From positions 1 to 16,154 of IMG/VR virus record IMGVR_UViG_3300045988_120504: DNA of 16,154 bases; one strand, given 5' to 3'. The DNA comes from a virus. Shown here one piece after another: positions 6,526 through 14,966 of the stretch; the first letter of the stretch is position 1; each line of letters starts with the position of its first letter. A program made the position numbers and the translations under genes. The notes under the pieces were generated by a model. The model was given only the letters and a program-made list of their open reading frames with translations. It ran no database searches and had not been told where the DNA came from.

Positions 6526-8585
6526 TATTTCACCTCTCTATCGTATCCATAAATCCCTTGAATAGGTGCGTTATCCGCTCCGTAGGTACGTCCTATATCT
6601 CCAGGGTTTCGCCACACGGTAACGCCTTTTTCAAAAATGCCGCGAATAGCATTTTTAACGCCCTCATCAGCAGTGGAGCAGATAATAGACGTATCAAGCA
6701 TCTTCCAATACGTGTATTTTTCCATGCACATAAAGTCTTTTTGTGGCACTAGGTATTGGCGAATCGCATAGCCGTATTTCAGAAAGTAGTTACCCACAAT
6801 TTCCTGCATCTGTGTGGTAATCGTTTTATATCTGATCTGTACGATCATCATACCATTTGAAAGATTAAAACCGTCTCCCGCCATCTGCCCCGATTGGCTC
6901 GGCTGCGTCAGCGCGGCATCCTGAACCGTGGCATCAATTCCAGCGACGGCGTTTTGATAATCGCCCTTGGCTGCCCAGTCTGATAAATTTTTGTTCTGGT
7001 CAGCAAATTGCCCAGCTAGTTGCTGGTTATTTTGGAACTGCAAATTAGACGCAACTAAATTAGTAGCTCCACCGGCAACGCCCATTAGAACACCTGCGGG
7101 GTTTCCAGCCATACCACTAGAAAGCGCAGACAGACCCATATTAATGCCTTGCTGTATGTTGCTAATAGACTGGTTAGCCTGGTTGTTAGCTAGCTGTTGT
7201 TGTGCCTGGTCATACGTCAATTGATTACCCGCTAAGCTTTTTTGCTGCGACCATCCAGCGGCATTGTAGCTAAATTGGCGGCGGTTGGTTGTGCTTGCTA
7301 GATAATTAACGTACTCATCATTAACGATTGACATTTGCGGAAAGGATTGAAACCAGATAGCCGCATCGAGCCAATAGCCGTAGTTAACTTCATGAGTTTT
7401 TTCGGAATATTGCCCCTCGGTGTAGTCCATTGTATAATAGCCGGCTTTTCCGTAGCCAGAATCGCCACCCGCTTCGCCGTAATGCGCAGGGAAAAAAGCA
7501 ATTTTCTGGTATGGCGGTGCAGCGCAAGCCATTTGCTTTAACGTCAATTTTTTATCATTTACCATTTCAGGCTTTAGCAATAAAGAATTGCCTTGGTAAT
7601 TAACAATTTCAATAACAGAGTAAGGAAAGCATTTTAGCTTATCTACGAATTTAAAATCATCGTTCGTAAGTCTGTCGAGCTGGTCTAGAATTGGCTCGTC
7701 AGAAGTAAAATACACGCCCTCGTCTGGAGTATCGCCTAAAAAGTGCGCATCAATGCCGTTTAGTGACACACTGGGGCCATCAGTCAGAACTGTTTTTGGG
7801 AATGCAGAAATAGAAACGATCCCTTTTGCCACCCACGGAGCATCGCGAACTTTTTTCATAAATTCCGAATAATCCCACGATTCAATAGCGTAGACGTTGC
7901 AACCGCTTGCTAGTCCGTCAGTCATTTGACCATCAGCAGTTTTAAGCGATGGATTATCGCGTGTCCCCCAATCGGCTGCAAGGTCGGTATTGCTTTGTAC
8001 GATAACAGCCCATTTTTTGGCGCTCAAATCGAACATTTCAGCTCGCGAAATGGTGTACTCGCTACCAACGTCCAGCCCTTCGCTTGCAACGCCAAATATG
8101 CGCATTGTCTCGGCAGTATTGTATTTTCCTGATTCCAATCGGTTATGCATTGCAGCCATTGCCAAATGCCCACGCTCAACAAAGCAAACACCCAAACGGA
8201 ATTGCCATAAATATGTTTGGAAAACGTCAAGCTGCAAAGTAAGTGCGGTAGTGGACGGATTCAGCATAGCCGCGCCTTCAATAAAGTAATAGAAGCGCGG
8301 CGGAGTTACATCGTCGGGATCATCAGTTTTAGGATTATCGACAATTAGATAATTATAGGTATAAGCCATGTGGAAAGGAACATCAATATTGATAGGCTCA
8401 TTTGGTTTCAAATAGGTGTAATTATCTAAAACGATTGATTCACTTTTAAGTGAGTCAAAATATTCGTTTCGCTTCTCAGGCGATTCAAAAGAAACAACAT
8501 CCTTATATGAATCGTCCCACGCAACGCGGCAAAGCGTTACGCGGGACTGAATCGCCCAACTAAACGGAGTTACGTTAGTTGGCAT
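6525..8585 (-). CDS. Tail knob / distal tube protein (phi29 gp9-like), about 686 aa; ATG at 8585 preferred over GTG at 8594
   Basis: The N-terminal layout (…RVAWDDSYKDVVSFESPEKRNEYF…YLIVDN…FYYFIEGAAM) parallels the gp9 N-terminus (RILADVPFSNDYKNTRWF…YIMFQNADYGNKWFYAF). It contains a long Q/N/G-rich, partly hydrophobic insert like the membrane-active gp9 loop. It sits in the gp9 position after the capsid gene. An AGGGAGA SD lies 9 nt before the 8585 ATG. Confidence 0.7.
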   Translation of the reverse strand: MPTNVTPFSWAIQSRVTLCRVAWDDSYKDVVSFESPEKRNEYFDSLKSESIVLDNYTYLKPNEPINIDVPFHMAYTYNYLIVDNPKTDDPDDVTPPRFYYFIEGAAMLNPSTTALTLQLDVFQTYLWQFRLGVCFVERGHLAMAAMHNRLESGKYNTAETMRIFGVASEGLDVGSEYTISRAEMFDLSAKKWAVIVQSNTDLAADWGTRDNPSLKTADGQMTDGLASGCNVYAIESWDYSEFMKKVRDAPWVAKGIVSISAFPKTVLTDGPSVSLNGIDAHFLGDTPDEGVYFTSDEPILDQLDRLTNDDFKFVDKLKCFPYSVIEIVNYQGNSLLLKPEMVNDKKLTLKQMACAAPPYQKIAFFPAHYGEAGGDSGYGKAGYYTMDYTEGQYSEKTHEVNYGYWLDAAIWFQSFPQMSIVNDEYVNYLASTTNRRQFSYNAAGWSQQKSLAGNQLTYDQAQQQLANNQANQSISNIQQGINMGLSALSSGMAGNPAGVLMGVAGGATNLVASNLQFQNNQQLAGQFADQNKNLSDWAAKGDYQNAVAGIDATVQDAALTQPSQSGQMAGDGFNLSNGMMIVQIRYKTITTQMQEIVGNYFLKYGYAIRQYLVPQKDFMCMEKYTYWKMLDTSIICSTADEGVKNAIRGIFEKGVTVWRNPGDIGRTYGADNAPIQGIYGYDREVK

Positions 8586-8599
8586 ATTTAGCACTCTCC

Positions 8600-9982
8600 C
8601 TAGGCTTTAGCTGCAAGGACAATGTTAGCAGACTTCTTATTATCAGCATTCGAAATTGCCGTAACCGTGATACTGGCATACTTGCTATTTTCGGAAATGT
8701 GCAAAACTCCCATACGGTCGATATAAGTACCAGTGTCAGGAAGTACAACATTCCAAACGCCTGTCTTCGCGTCTTCTACAGTCTGACCAGTGATAATAGT
8801 ATACGCGCGACCGTCAGTAGACAAATCAGAATATTTTACCACGGTATCAAGCGCGATTTCTGCGCCAGGTTCAACCACCTTGTTTTCTGCCACGGGATCA
8901 TGCAATGTAACGGTAACCGTGGTAACCGTTCGAGCGGGAGCCGCCGTGATATTGCTCTCCTCTGTAGTAGACAGAAGCAAGGCATTACGCATTGGCGAAG
9001 CACTGTACACGCCCCAATGGTGGTAGTAATAATCAAGGTCAAGCGTAGCAGGATTATAGATAGAAGCGCTCTTAATTTTGGTATCAGTGCAAACATAAAA
9101 ATCACGATCAAGCAATGCAACATCTACGCCAGGGATATTGAAATCATCAATAACAACGGTTCGATCAGCAATAAAGTTTGCCTTATCCATGTTGAAAGCA
9201 GCAGCCAAAACGGACACGTCGAAGTTTGCAAAGAAACGGGGAGTGCCCATAAGCACCAGCTCATCGCTCGTAACCTGCATACCAGCGTTGTTATAACGCG
9301 TGTTATAGAAGTTTTTCATCTGCAAATAGTGCTCGCGAAGTGCTGCCGCAATTCCCTCACCAGCAACGCGCTTATCGTCTGCCGTAATACTATTGTCGAA
9401 CATATCGGGCACGCGAACGGTAGCCATTCCCTCACTGTCGTGAACCTTGCGCAAAATATCGCGCATGATCAGGTATTCGTCGTTTTCGTCTGACTGCTGC
9501 GGGAGTGCAAGCAAACTATTTATAAATGCGGAAAGTTGGCCATCCTGCACGAAAGCCTCTTCGAGCATATCCTCATTAAGTCGCAGATCGTAGCGATCGC
9601 GGCGATTAACGCTGTGGTAAATAGCCTTTACGTCTGGTTTTTCTGCCCCAAATACGTTTGTGTCGTTAGGGTCATATGCCTTAGCTTTAATTAGATTTGC
9701 CCCGATTTCCTGGACAATGCCGCCATAGGCCATTGCACCAGTTTTGAACGGCTTCAAGCGATTTTCGAATGAATTCGTTCTGAAAAGCGTAAGGCCGATA
9801 CGCTGGACAAGCACCTGAATGAACTCATTCCAAAGAAGAGAATTTTCTTGCAAAAGTGCGAGCGTCTTAGTCAAATTGTTATCAGTAATCTCGGGAATAC
9901 GCGCGCGATACTGCTCACTGGCATTGTTTCGCACTGCATTAATAATTGCGGCGTTGGTTGCCGCGACCTTGCTAGCTGCCAT
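8600..9982 (-). CDS. Major capsid protein (phi29 gp8-like) with C-terminal Big2-like Ig domain, 460 aa
   Basis: Size is close to gp8 (448 aa) and it immediately follows the scaffold gene. The C-terminal about 100 aa (TVTVTLHDPVAENKVVEPGAEIALDTVVKYSDLSTDGRAYTIITGQTV…ITVTAISN) reads like a BIG2 beta-sandwich, as in phi29 gp8. Strong SD AAGGAGA. Confidence 0.8.
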   Translation of the reverse strand: MAASKVAATNAAIINAVRNNASEQYRARIPEITDNNLTKTLALLQENSLLWNEFIQVLVQRIGLTLFRTNSFENRLKPFKTGAMAYGGIVQEIGANLIKAKAYDPNDTNVFGAEKPDVKAIYHSVNRRDRYDLRLNEDMLEEAFVQDGQLSAFINSLLALPQQSDENDEYLIMRDILRKVHDSEGMATVRVPDMFDNSITADDKRVAGEGIAAALREHYLQMKNFYNTRYNNAGMQVTSDELVLMGTPRFFANFDVSVLAAAFNMDKANFIADRTVVIDDFNIPGVDVALLDRDFYVCTDTKIKSASIYNPATLDLDYYYHHWGVYSASPMRNALLLSTTEESNITAAPARTVTTVTVTLHDPVAENKVVEPGAEIALDTVVKYSDLSTDGRAYTIITGQTVEDAKTGVWNVVLPDTGTYIDRMGVLHISENSKYASITVTAISNADNKKSANIVLAAKA

Positions 9983-9984
9983 TA

Positions 9985-10278
9985 TTAATTCTCCTTATCT
10001 GCGAAAAGATCATCAATGGACTTCTCTGCAATTTCTTCCTGCGATTCTTCGGATTCGCCGCCATCGTCAGGCGCGGGAGCAGTTGCGGCAACCATCAGCT
10101 CATAATTTCGTGCGGCAACTTCCTGATATTTGTGCTCGGCTTCGGTAAGCTTTTCCTCAAGTTCGGAAAGTCTGGCCTGCATTCCTGCCGAAAGATCGGC
10201 CACGCCCTGGGACACACCAGCACGCCATTCGGACAAATCTTCAATTTCGTCCATTGCAAGAAATTCATCTAGCGTCAT
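9985..10278 (-). CDS. Scaffolding protein (phi29 gp7-like), 97 aa, acidic helical/coiled-coil
   Basis: 97 aa (gp7 is 98 aa), highly acidic with heptad-like LSELEEKLTEAEHKYQEVAARNYEL. It lies directly upstream of the capsid gene. SD AAGGAGG. Confidence 0.6.
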   Translation of the reverse strand: MTLDEFLAMDEIEDLSEWRAGVSQGVADLSAGMQARLSELEEKLTEAEHKYQEVAARNYELMVAATAPAPDDGGESEESQEEIAEKSIDDLFADKEN

Positions 10279-10302
10279 TGGTTTTCCTCCTTATAAAAAT
10301 AT

Positions 10303-10340
10303 CCCCTGGTCTATAGCCTTTAGGCATGACCAGGGGATTT
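10303..10340 (-). terminator. Rho-independent terminator on the minus strand downstream of the endolysin (9-bp GC-rich stem cccctggtc/gaccagggg, loop with an inner mini-hairpin, then a U-run from rc …gaccaggggatattttta)
   Basis: The inverted repeat is seen directly. On the minus strand the stem is followed by AUAUUUUUAU and then the scaffold RBS AAGGAGG. Confidence 0.55.
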
Positions 10341-10480
10341 AAAGGTCAAGCGCGGCAATTCCGCGAACGCTGATTAAAAAGCCTTGCACTGCTCGTTATG
10401 TAAGGATACCTCACGGTATTGCATTCCTTAATAACTACTCACCAGCGCAGGGGGTGCGCACGCTTAATTGCTTTATAGCA

Positions 10481-11518
10481 CTAACCAAACAATTTTGCAA
10501 ACGTATTTTTGCCTGCAATACCATCAGCGCTAAGCCCGTGATCGGCTTGGTACTGGCGAACTGCTGAATAAGTACCCCCGCCAAAAATACCATCAAAACC
10601 GTTAGTATCGTAACCATTGCAGATCAAAGCGCCCTGAAGCACCTTAGTAATATTGCCCCTTGCGCCTTTGCGCACATTGACACAAGCCGCGCGAGTTTTT
10701 GGCCCCCAAATTCCATCTACAGCAAGGCCCTTGCCAAACTGTTTATTCAGCTCGCTTTGCAAAACCTTTAGCAAAGCGCGCTTAGTGTTTGGGCCGTAAA
10801 TCCCATCAGGCGTTGAGCCTGCCCAAGCTTGCACGTTCGCAACATCGCAAATAGCGGGGGCGGTCGGTTCAGGCGTTGGCGTAGGTTCTGGCGTTACCGG
10901 TGCGCCACTTCCTGCCGAGATCTTCTCCCATGCTGCGCGGTCAAGCTGCGCATAGTTGCGATCAGTAGCGCCATTAGACGAGGAATATTGCCAAATAGTC
11001 CACGTTTTCCACGGGTCTGTGCCGTATCTAAAACTAGGCATATCCCATGAATTGCGGTAATCGGGATAACCAGCAATCCACAAGCCGCAATCATCCGCGC
11101 AGTTCGCCGCCTGGCTTCGCGCAGAAGCTTGAACGTAGATCAAGCACCATACGCCCGTCAATTCGTGGATTTTGTCCACAAAGCGGCGGCACCAGTTAGA
11201 ATCGCCCCAAGCCTTATTCTGGATTGATTCCCAATCAAGGCAGGGAATACCCTTGCCAAAATACCCCCTGCACTGATCATAGAAAAATTCAGCTTCTGCA
11301 ATAGGATCGTTACCGCCGGCATAGTGGTAAAAACCCCACATTTTGCCATCTGCTTTGCAGCGGTTAATAATAGCGTCGCACTGCCTATGCACATACGTAA
11401 CGCCCTGCGTTGCCTTTACAATTACAAAATCAGAATCACGGTAACAATTTTCAGTGTTAGCCTTAAATTCCGAGCCGTTAAAATTGTCGTGGCTCGATAC
11501 GTCAATACCTTTAATCAT
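10481..11518 (-). CDS. Endolysin: N-terminal GH25 muramidase plus Pro/Thr linker plus C-terminal PG_binding_1 repeats, 345 aa
   Basis: MIKGIDVSSH… and the CLDWE (DxE) motif are typical of GH25 lysozymes. Linker PVTPEPTPTPEPTAP. Repeats DGIYGPNTKRALLKVLQ, DGIWGPKTRAA, DGIFGGGTYSAVRQYQADHGLSADGIAGKNTFAKL match the PG_binding_1 consensus. Its start overlaps the holin end by 8 nt. Confidence 0.9.
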   Translation of the reverse strand: MIKGIDVSSHDNFNGSEFKANTENCYRDSDFVIVKATQGVTYVHRQCDAIINRCKADGKMWGFYHYAGGNDPIAEAEFFYDQCRGYFGKGIPCLDWESIQNKAWGDSNWCRRFVDKIHELTGVWCLIYVQASARSQAANCADDCGLWIAGYPDYRNSWDMPSFRYGTDPWKTWTIWQYSSSNGATDRNYAQLDRAAWEKISAGSGAPVTPEPTPTPEPTAPAICDVANVQAWAGSTPDGIYGPNTKRALLKVLQSELNKQFGKGLAVDGIWGPKTRAACVNVRKGARGNITKVLQGALICNGYDTNGFDGIFGGGTYSAVRQYQADHGLSADGIAGKNTFAKLFG

Positions 11519-11876
11519 CGTTTTTGCTCTCCTTTAGCTTCAAAAGTGCTGCTAGTGGCGAATCTCTCAATTCGGGCGATAGCGTACACAAATTCTCAAA
11601 AATTGAAATTGCTTCGGTGATAATCACGTACACGCAAACACCGCCGAAAATGGCGTTGAATGACGTTGGCAAAAGGTCATAAGTAACCGCCAATTGACAA
11701 CCGTATCCGAGCGCCATAGCACCGATAAACCCAGCCTTATGCCACAAGCCAAGCCTCATTTTAGTGCTATCTAATTCCCTATTTTTAATCGCTTTAATCA
11801 TGCCTGAAAGATAATCAGCCACGATAAAGCAAAGGCAAAAAACGGCGGCGATTCCGTCACTACCCAAAATGTCCAT
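11511..11876 (-). CDS. Holin, Phage_holin_4_1 (TcdE/LL-H-like) family, 121 aa (internal start of the 174-aa track ORF)
   Basis: ADYLSGMIKAIKNRELDSTKMRLGLWHKAG and EAISIFENL match the hallmark D-x-ITG-x-KA…S-K…G and SIlEN motifs of this holin family. Three hydrophobic segments. SD AAGGAGGT lies 4-5 nt before the ATG at 11876. The 53-aa N-terminal extension in the track overlaps the polymerase in another frame. Confidence 0.85.
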   Translation of the reverse strand: MDILGSDGIAAVFCLCFIVADYLSGMIKAIKNRELDSTKMRLGLWHKAGFIGAMALGYGCQLAVTYDLLPTSFNAIFGGVCVYVIITEAISIFENLCTLSPELRDSPLAALLKLKESKNDD

Positions 11877-11886
11877 TCTGACCTCC

Positions 11887-13632
11887 TTATCTAATCGAGA
11901 ATGGTCTCGGCACAAGTATAACGCCGCCTTTAACTGCTTGTGGTACGATTTTCCACCTAGATTTATCACGGTAAATTTCAGGCACATTTTCACATTTTTC
12001 AAAATCCGTGGTAAAGCCAGGGTGAAAATCCTCAATCCTCATAATCTGCTTAAGCGGTTCAACCATTCCCGCGCAAGTGTACGCCCACGGTTTGACGATC
12101 AAATTACCGTTTTTGTCGTGAGTGTATTCCGCTTCTGCATATGTTTTTGCGCGTAAGCAAACGCAGTCCGCAAATGCCGCTTCCAAATCCCAATAGCCTA
12201 GTTTTTTAGAATCAATAAGAATATCGCTCGGTATTTCTGATCCAATAAAATGTATTGAATCGGTGTCGGAATAGATAAACCGATCGCCAAATTTTAGCGC
12301 CGTCCTAATAGTGTAATCACGCGCCCACGCAGTTACAAAAATTCCGACTGGCAAATATACTGGTCTACGCTCTGTTTCCTCACCCATAACGTAATGTACA
12401 ATACCATCAGAATCAAGGCGTGGCACCTTGCCACGCACTTTAATTTTTTGCGCGTATTTTCCATATGCGTTATTTAGCCACAGTTTCCAATTCATGCGTT
12501 CACCTGGGCTTTTAGCGTTCATTTTGCCTACCATACCAGCATCAACATACTCTTTGAAAAGGCCAGTAACTCCGCGAAAATAGTACGTAGCGCCGTATGC
12601 TATTACGTCTACCGCATAGCACTCATTTATCAATGCCCAATCAACATTGGTGAGCATCATCGTAATAGGCTCGTCTATATCGGTCTGATATTCGCGAGCA
12701 TTAAAAAATAGACTTCCTTTTACCTGAATGCAAGGCAATTTTCCGTTTTTCAAATGCGCCGAAAAGGTTATTTCACTTATCCATAGGGGATATTTTTCAC
12801 TTTTTATAGGCTTACCAGGTTGCAAAAGTGGCTTACCTACCGGTAAGCATCTATCATGCATTACAAATGGGTATAAGCTATTTACATCAATTCGCCCACC
12901 TTCGCCTAAATGTTTATTTACATGCCTAGGGTTTGCGAACACGTAGCCACCTCGGTATGCTTTGCGCAGTATTGAATCTAGCTCGCTATCAAGCTCGGGA
13001 AACTTCACGCGCCATTGGCGTTTACCGAATAGGTCTTTTAATGCCGCTAAGCAGTCTGCACCAGTGGTTAGTTTTTCGCCCAAGTCGAATCGGTGATCAA
13101 GCGCTTTAGCCAGAATCAAAACATCACGGCGAAGATAATCCAATTCAAGAGCGGTCAAAATATGCCCTGGTTCACGGTAGGCGTTATAGTCTATTTCGCC
13201 TTTGGTCATTTCCAGCCCATACGCTCCTGCTACATTTGCGAGCGTCATAGGTAGTTTTTTATAGCTGTCTGCAATTTCAAAAGTAGAACATTCGTTCATA
13301 ATTTGCATATGGTAGAACTTGCCTAAACTATCCATCAACAAGGTAAATTCTCCAGCGCCTGGCTCGCGTTCCTCGGTATGCTTATAGCCATTTATTAGCA
13401 GCCACGAAATTATGAATTTAGTATCAAAGCCAGCGTTATGAAACCAATAGCGGCCTGGATGATCAAACGCCCAATTCATAAATGATTCTATGCTAGTCCC
13501 ATATTCAAATAGGCCATCGGTATTAGCGCCAACCGGGGCAACTCCCCATGCCCATACGGGATTGACTGCGCAACCCTCCGCGCTCGTGTTGGTTTCAAAA
13601 TCTGCCGAATATTCAATAACAGACTGTTTCAT
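11887..13632 (-). CDS. Protein-primed family-B DNA polymerase (phi29 gp2-like), 581 aa
   Basis: Exo I YSADFETNT (phi29 YSCDFETTT). Exo II FHNAGFDTKFIISWL. Exo III YLRRDVLILAKAL. Motif A DVNSLYPFVMH. Motif B KLWLNNAYGKY. Motif C YSDTDSIHF. KxY LRAKTY. ATGA overlap with the terminal protein gene. Confidence 0.95.
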   Translation of the reverse strand: MKQSVIEYSADFETNTSAEGCAVNPVWAWGVAPVGANTDGLFEYGTSIESFMNWAFDHPGRYWFHNAGFDTKFIISWLLINGYKHTEEREPGAGEFTLLMDSLGKFYHMQIMNECSTFEIADSYKKLPMTLANVAGAYGLEMTKGEIDYNAYREPGHILTALELDYLRRDVLILAKALDHRFDLGEKLTTGADCLAALKDLFGKRQWRVKFPELDSELDSILRKAYRGGYVFANPRHVNKHLGEGGRIDVNSLYPFVMHDRCLPVGKPLLQPGKPIKSEKYPLWISEITFSAHLKNGKLPCIQVKGSLFFNAREYQTDIDEPITMMLTNVDWALINECYAVDVIAYGATYYFRGVTGLFKEYVDAGMVGKMNAKSPGERMNWKLWLNNAYGKYAQKIKVRGKVPRLDSDGIVHYVMGEETERRPVYLPVGIFVTAWARDYTIRTALKFGDRFIYSDTDSIHFIGSEIPSDILIDSKKLGYWDLEAAFADCVCLRAKTYAEAEYTHDKNGNLIVKPWAYTCAGMVEPLKQIMRIEDFHPGFTTDFEKCENVPEIYRDKSRWKIVPQAVKGGVILVPRPFSIR

Positions 13633-14438
13633 TTTCCGATAAATTGCAAAAGTTCTTTTAGTGCGGTTTCGTTTGCAGTTGATTCTTCATCGGTGGGGGA
13701 GCGGTAACCCTTCTCGTATTCAGCTTCATACTGCCACGTATCTACGACTACGCTAAAATCAGTGTAATAATGCAGATAAGCTAGCTCGTCTGTGGTAAGT
13801 TCGCCTATTCTATCTAACACAGATTCAGATATGCCGTTTTCTTTTAACTTGTTAATGACAGCCTGTCTGTAATGCGTTAGTCTATCAATGCCAAGCGCAG
13901 ACGTAACGCGCAGCTTAATAGCCGCGTAAGTTGATTTTGCGCCTGGTTTAAATTCCGTTTCACGAATTACGGGCTTTATGGCACTAAAGCGCCCGTCATC
14001 CACGGCGTATTCCATGGGCGATTCTACATAATCAATGTTGCGCACTTGTGAATCAGGAATATTAGCCAAAACAGATTCGCGAATGCCTGTCAATTTAGCC
14101 GCATTCTCCGACCTAATAACGTTTAATTCAGCTTCTTCCAGACGCCGTTGCCATAATTCAGTGCTCATAATTGGCGTTCCCTCGCGCTGGATTACAACCT
14201 CGGTACCACGGTTAAAAGTGTATGCGTTTTCACGTGCGTTAAATTCGCGCAACTTCTGCGCATACTGTCGTTTTTCAACCGCACTCATACCTTTTAGCTC
14301 GGCAGCGGGAATAACTGGATTAAATGCGGCTGAAATTTGCGCATTGATTGCACCTTTTTTGCGCAAGCGGTATAATTTGTTACGGGCATTCTTTTGCAAG
14401 CGCGAAACTTCTTTGTCTAACTCGGTTCGCTTCTTCAT
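13629..14438 (-). CDS. Terminal protein (phi29 gp3-like), about 269 aa (track ORF extends to 14477; the ATG at 14438 after TTAGGAGGGGCA is preferred)
   Basis: Called by position, immediately 5' of and overlapping the protein-primed polymerase gene, as gp3-gp2 in phi29. The size matches the 266-aa TP. The genome has ITRs. Basic N-terminal region and a Ser/Thr/Tyr-rich C-terminal region. No direct motif match available. Confidence 0.65.
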   Translation of the reverse strand: MKKRTELDKEVSRLQKNARNKLYRLRKKGAINAQISAAFNPVIPAAELKGMSAVEKRQYAQKLREFNARENAYTFNRGTEVVIQREGTPIMSTELWQRRLEEAELNVIRSENAAKLTGIRESVLANIPDSQVRNIDYVESPMEYAVDDGRFSAIKPVIRETEFKPGAKSTYAAIKLRVTSALGIDRLTHYRQAVINKLKENGISESVLDRIGELTTDELAYLHYYTDFSVVVDTWQYEAEYEKGYRSPTDEESTANETALKELLQFIGK

Positions 14439-14455
14439 TGCCCCTCCTAATCTCC

Positions 14456-14510
14456 TGCCCCTCATCATGAGGGGCATTCTTTTAACAAAAAGGGCGGCAT
14501 AAATGCCGCC
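14456..14510 (-). terminator. Intrinsic terminator (gggcggca-uuua-ugccgccc plus U5) on the minus strand after the SSB gene, then a perfect 9-bp inverted repeat gcccctcat(c)atgaggggc overlapping the TP upstream region
   Basis: Both palindromes are seen directly at 14483-14510 and 14456-14474. The T-run follows the first hairpin in the minus-strand direction. Confidence 0.55.
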
Positions 14511-14528
14511 CTTAGATTTTACCGCAAT

Positions 14529-14960
14529 TTAGCCGATAAGCTTAAAAGTAAGCATGGAACCAAGGCGAACCTTACGAATAATAATCTCAATAGTTGCGGG
14601 GTTGTCCGCGTCAATTACTGGCCGAATTGCCTTCAAGCGCTGCAACGCCTGGTAAAGGCCAACGGACTGCGCTTCATACGTTGCACCGTCTGCGTCTGTA
14701 ATGACAATATGCGGGCGGTTTTCCAGCTCGCCAGTGAGCTGGTTAACGGCTTCAATCGGCTCAACGAGCCATGCAGTCATAACAATAGTTTTGCCCGCAA
14801 AATCAGAAAGCTTGTAATCAGATGCAACCCCGGCATTGAAAGCCGCAATCTGGCCTGCTTCGGTAGACAGATCATAGGATGCAGCAAACCCATAATTTGC
14901 GTTACCGGTAGCGATTTCGGTTACTTCCGCGTTTGCAATTTCCATGTTTTCCATTTTCAT
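14529..14960 (-). CDS. Single-stranded DNA-binding protein, phi29 p5-like, 143 aa
   Basis: Segments STEAGQIAAFNAG, HIVITDADGATYEAQSVGLY and ATIEIIIRKVRLGSMLTFKLIG align with p5 TETLEGQIKIFNAQ, TVTTIFAADGSLYSAISKTV and LETFKVKVVQGTSSKGNVFFSLQL, as I remember the p5 sequence. It sits one gene upstream of TP, the conserved p6-p5-(p4)-TP-pol order. SD AAGGAGA. Confidence 0.5.
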   Translation of the reverse strand: MKMENMEIANAEVTEIATGNANYGFAASYDLSTEAGQIAAFNAGVASDYKLSDFAGKTIVMTAWLVEPIEAVNQLTGELENRPHIVITDADGATYEAQSVGLYQALQRLKAIRPVIDADNPATIEIIIRKVRLGSMLTFKLIG

Positions 14961-14966
14961 TTCTCC

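Noticed and set aside
8579-9493. 304-aa plus-strand ORF, and other plus-strand ORFs inside the 1034-15224 block (e.g. 1730..2035, 2371..2790, 3802..4194, 4520..4840, 7990..8289, 9819..10148, 14035..14502)
   Set aside because: They lie antisense to well-supported minus-strand genes with clear homology. Their translations are low-complexity or S/R/C-rich with no RBS. These are shadow ORFs.
10435-10617. 60-aa minus-strand ORF overlapping the endolysin 3' end
   Set aside because: It is entirely embedded in the PG_binding repeat region of the endolysin in another frame. There is no RBS and it is probably spurious.
11877-12035. N-terminal 53-aa extension of the 174-aa holin ORF (MRIFTLALPRIL…)
   Set aside because: It overlaps the 3' end of the polymerase gene in another frame. 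A strong SD immediately precedes the internal ATG at 11876, where the holin homology begins.
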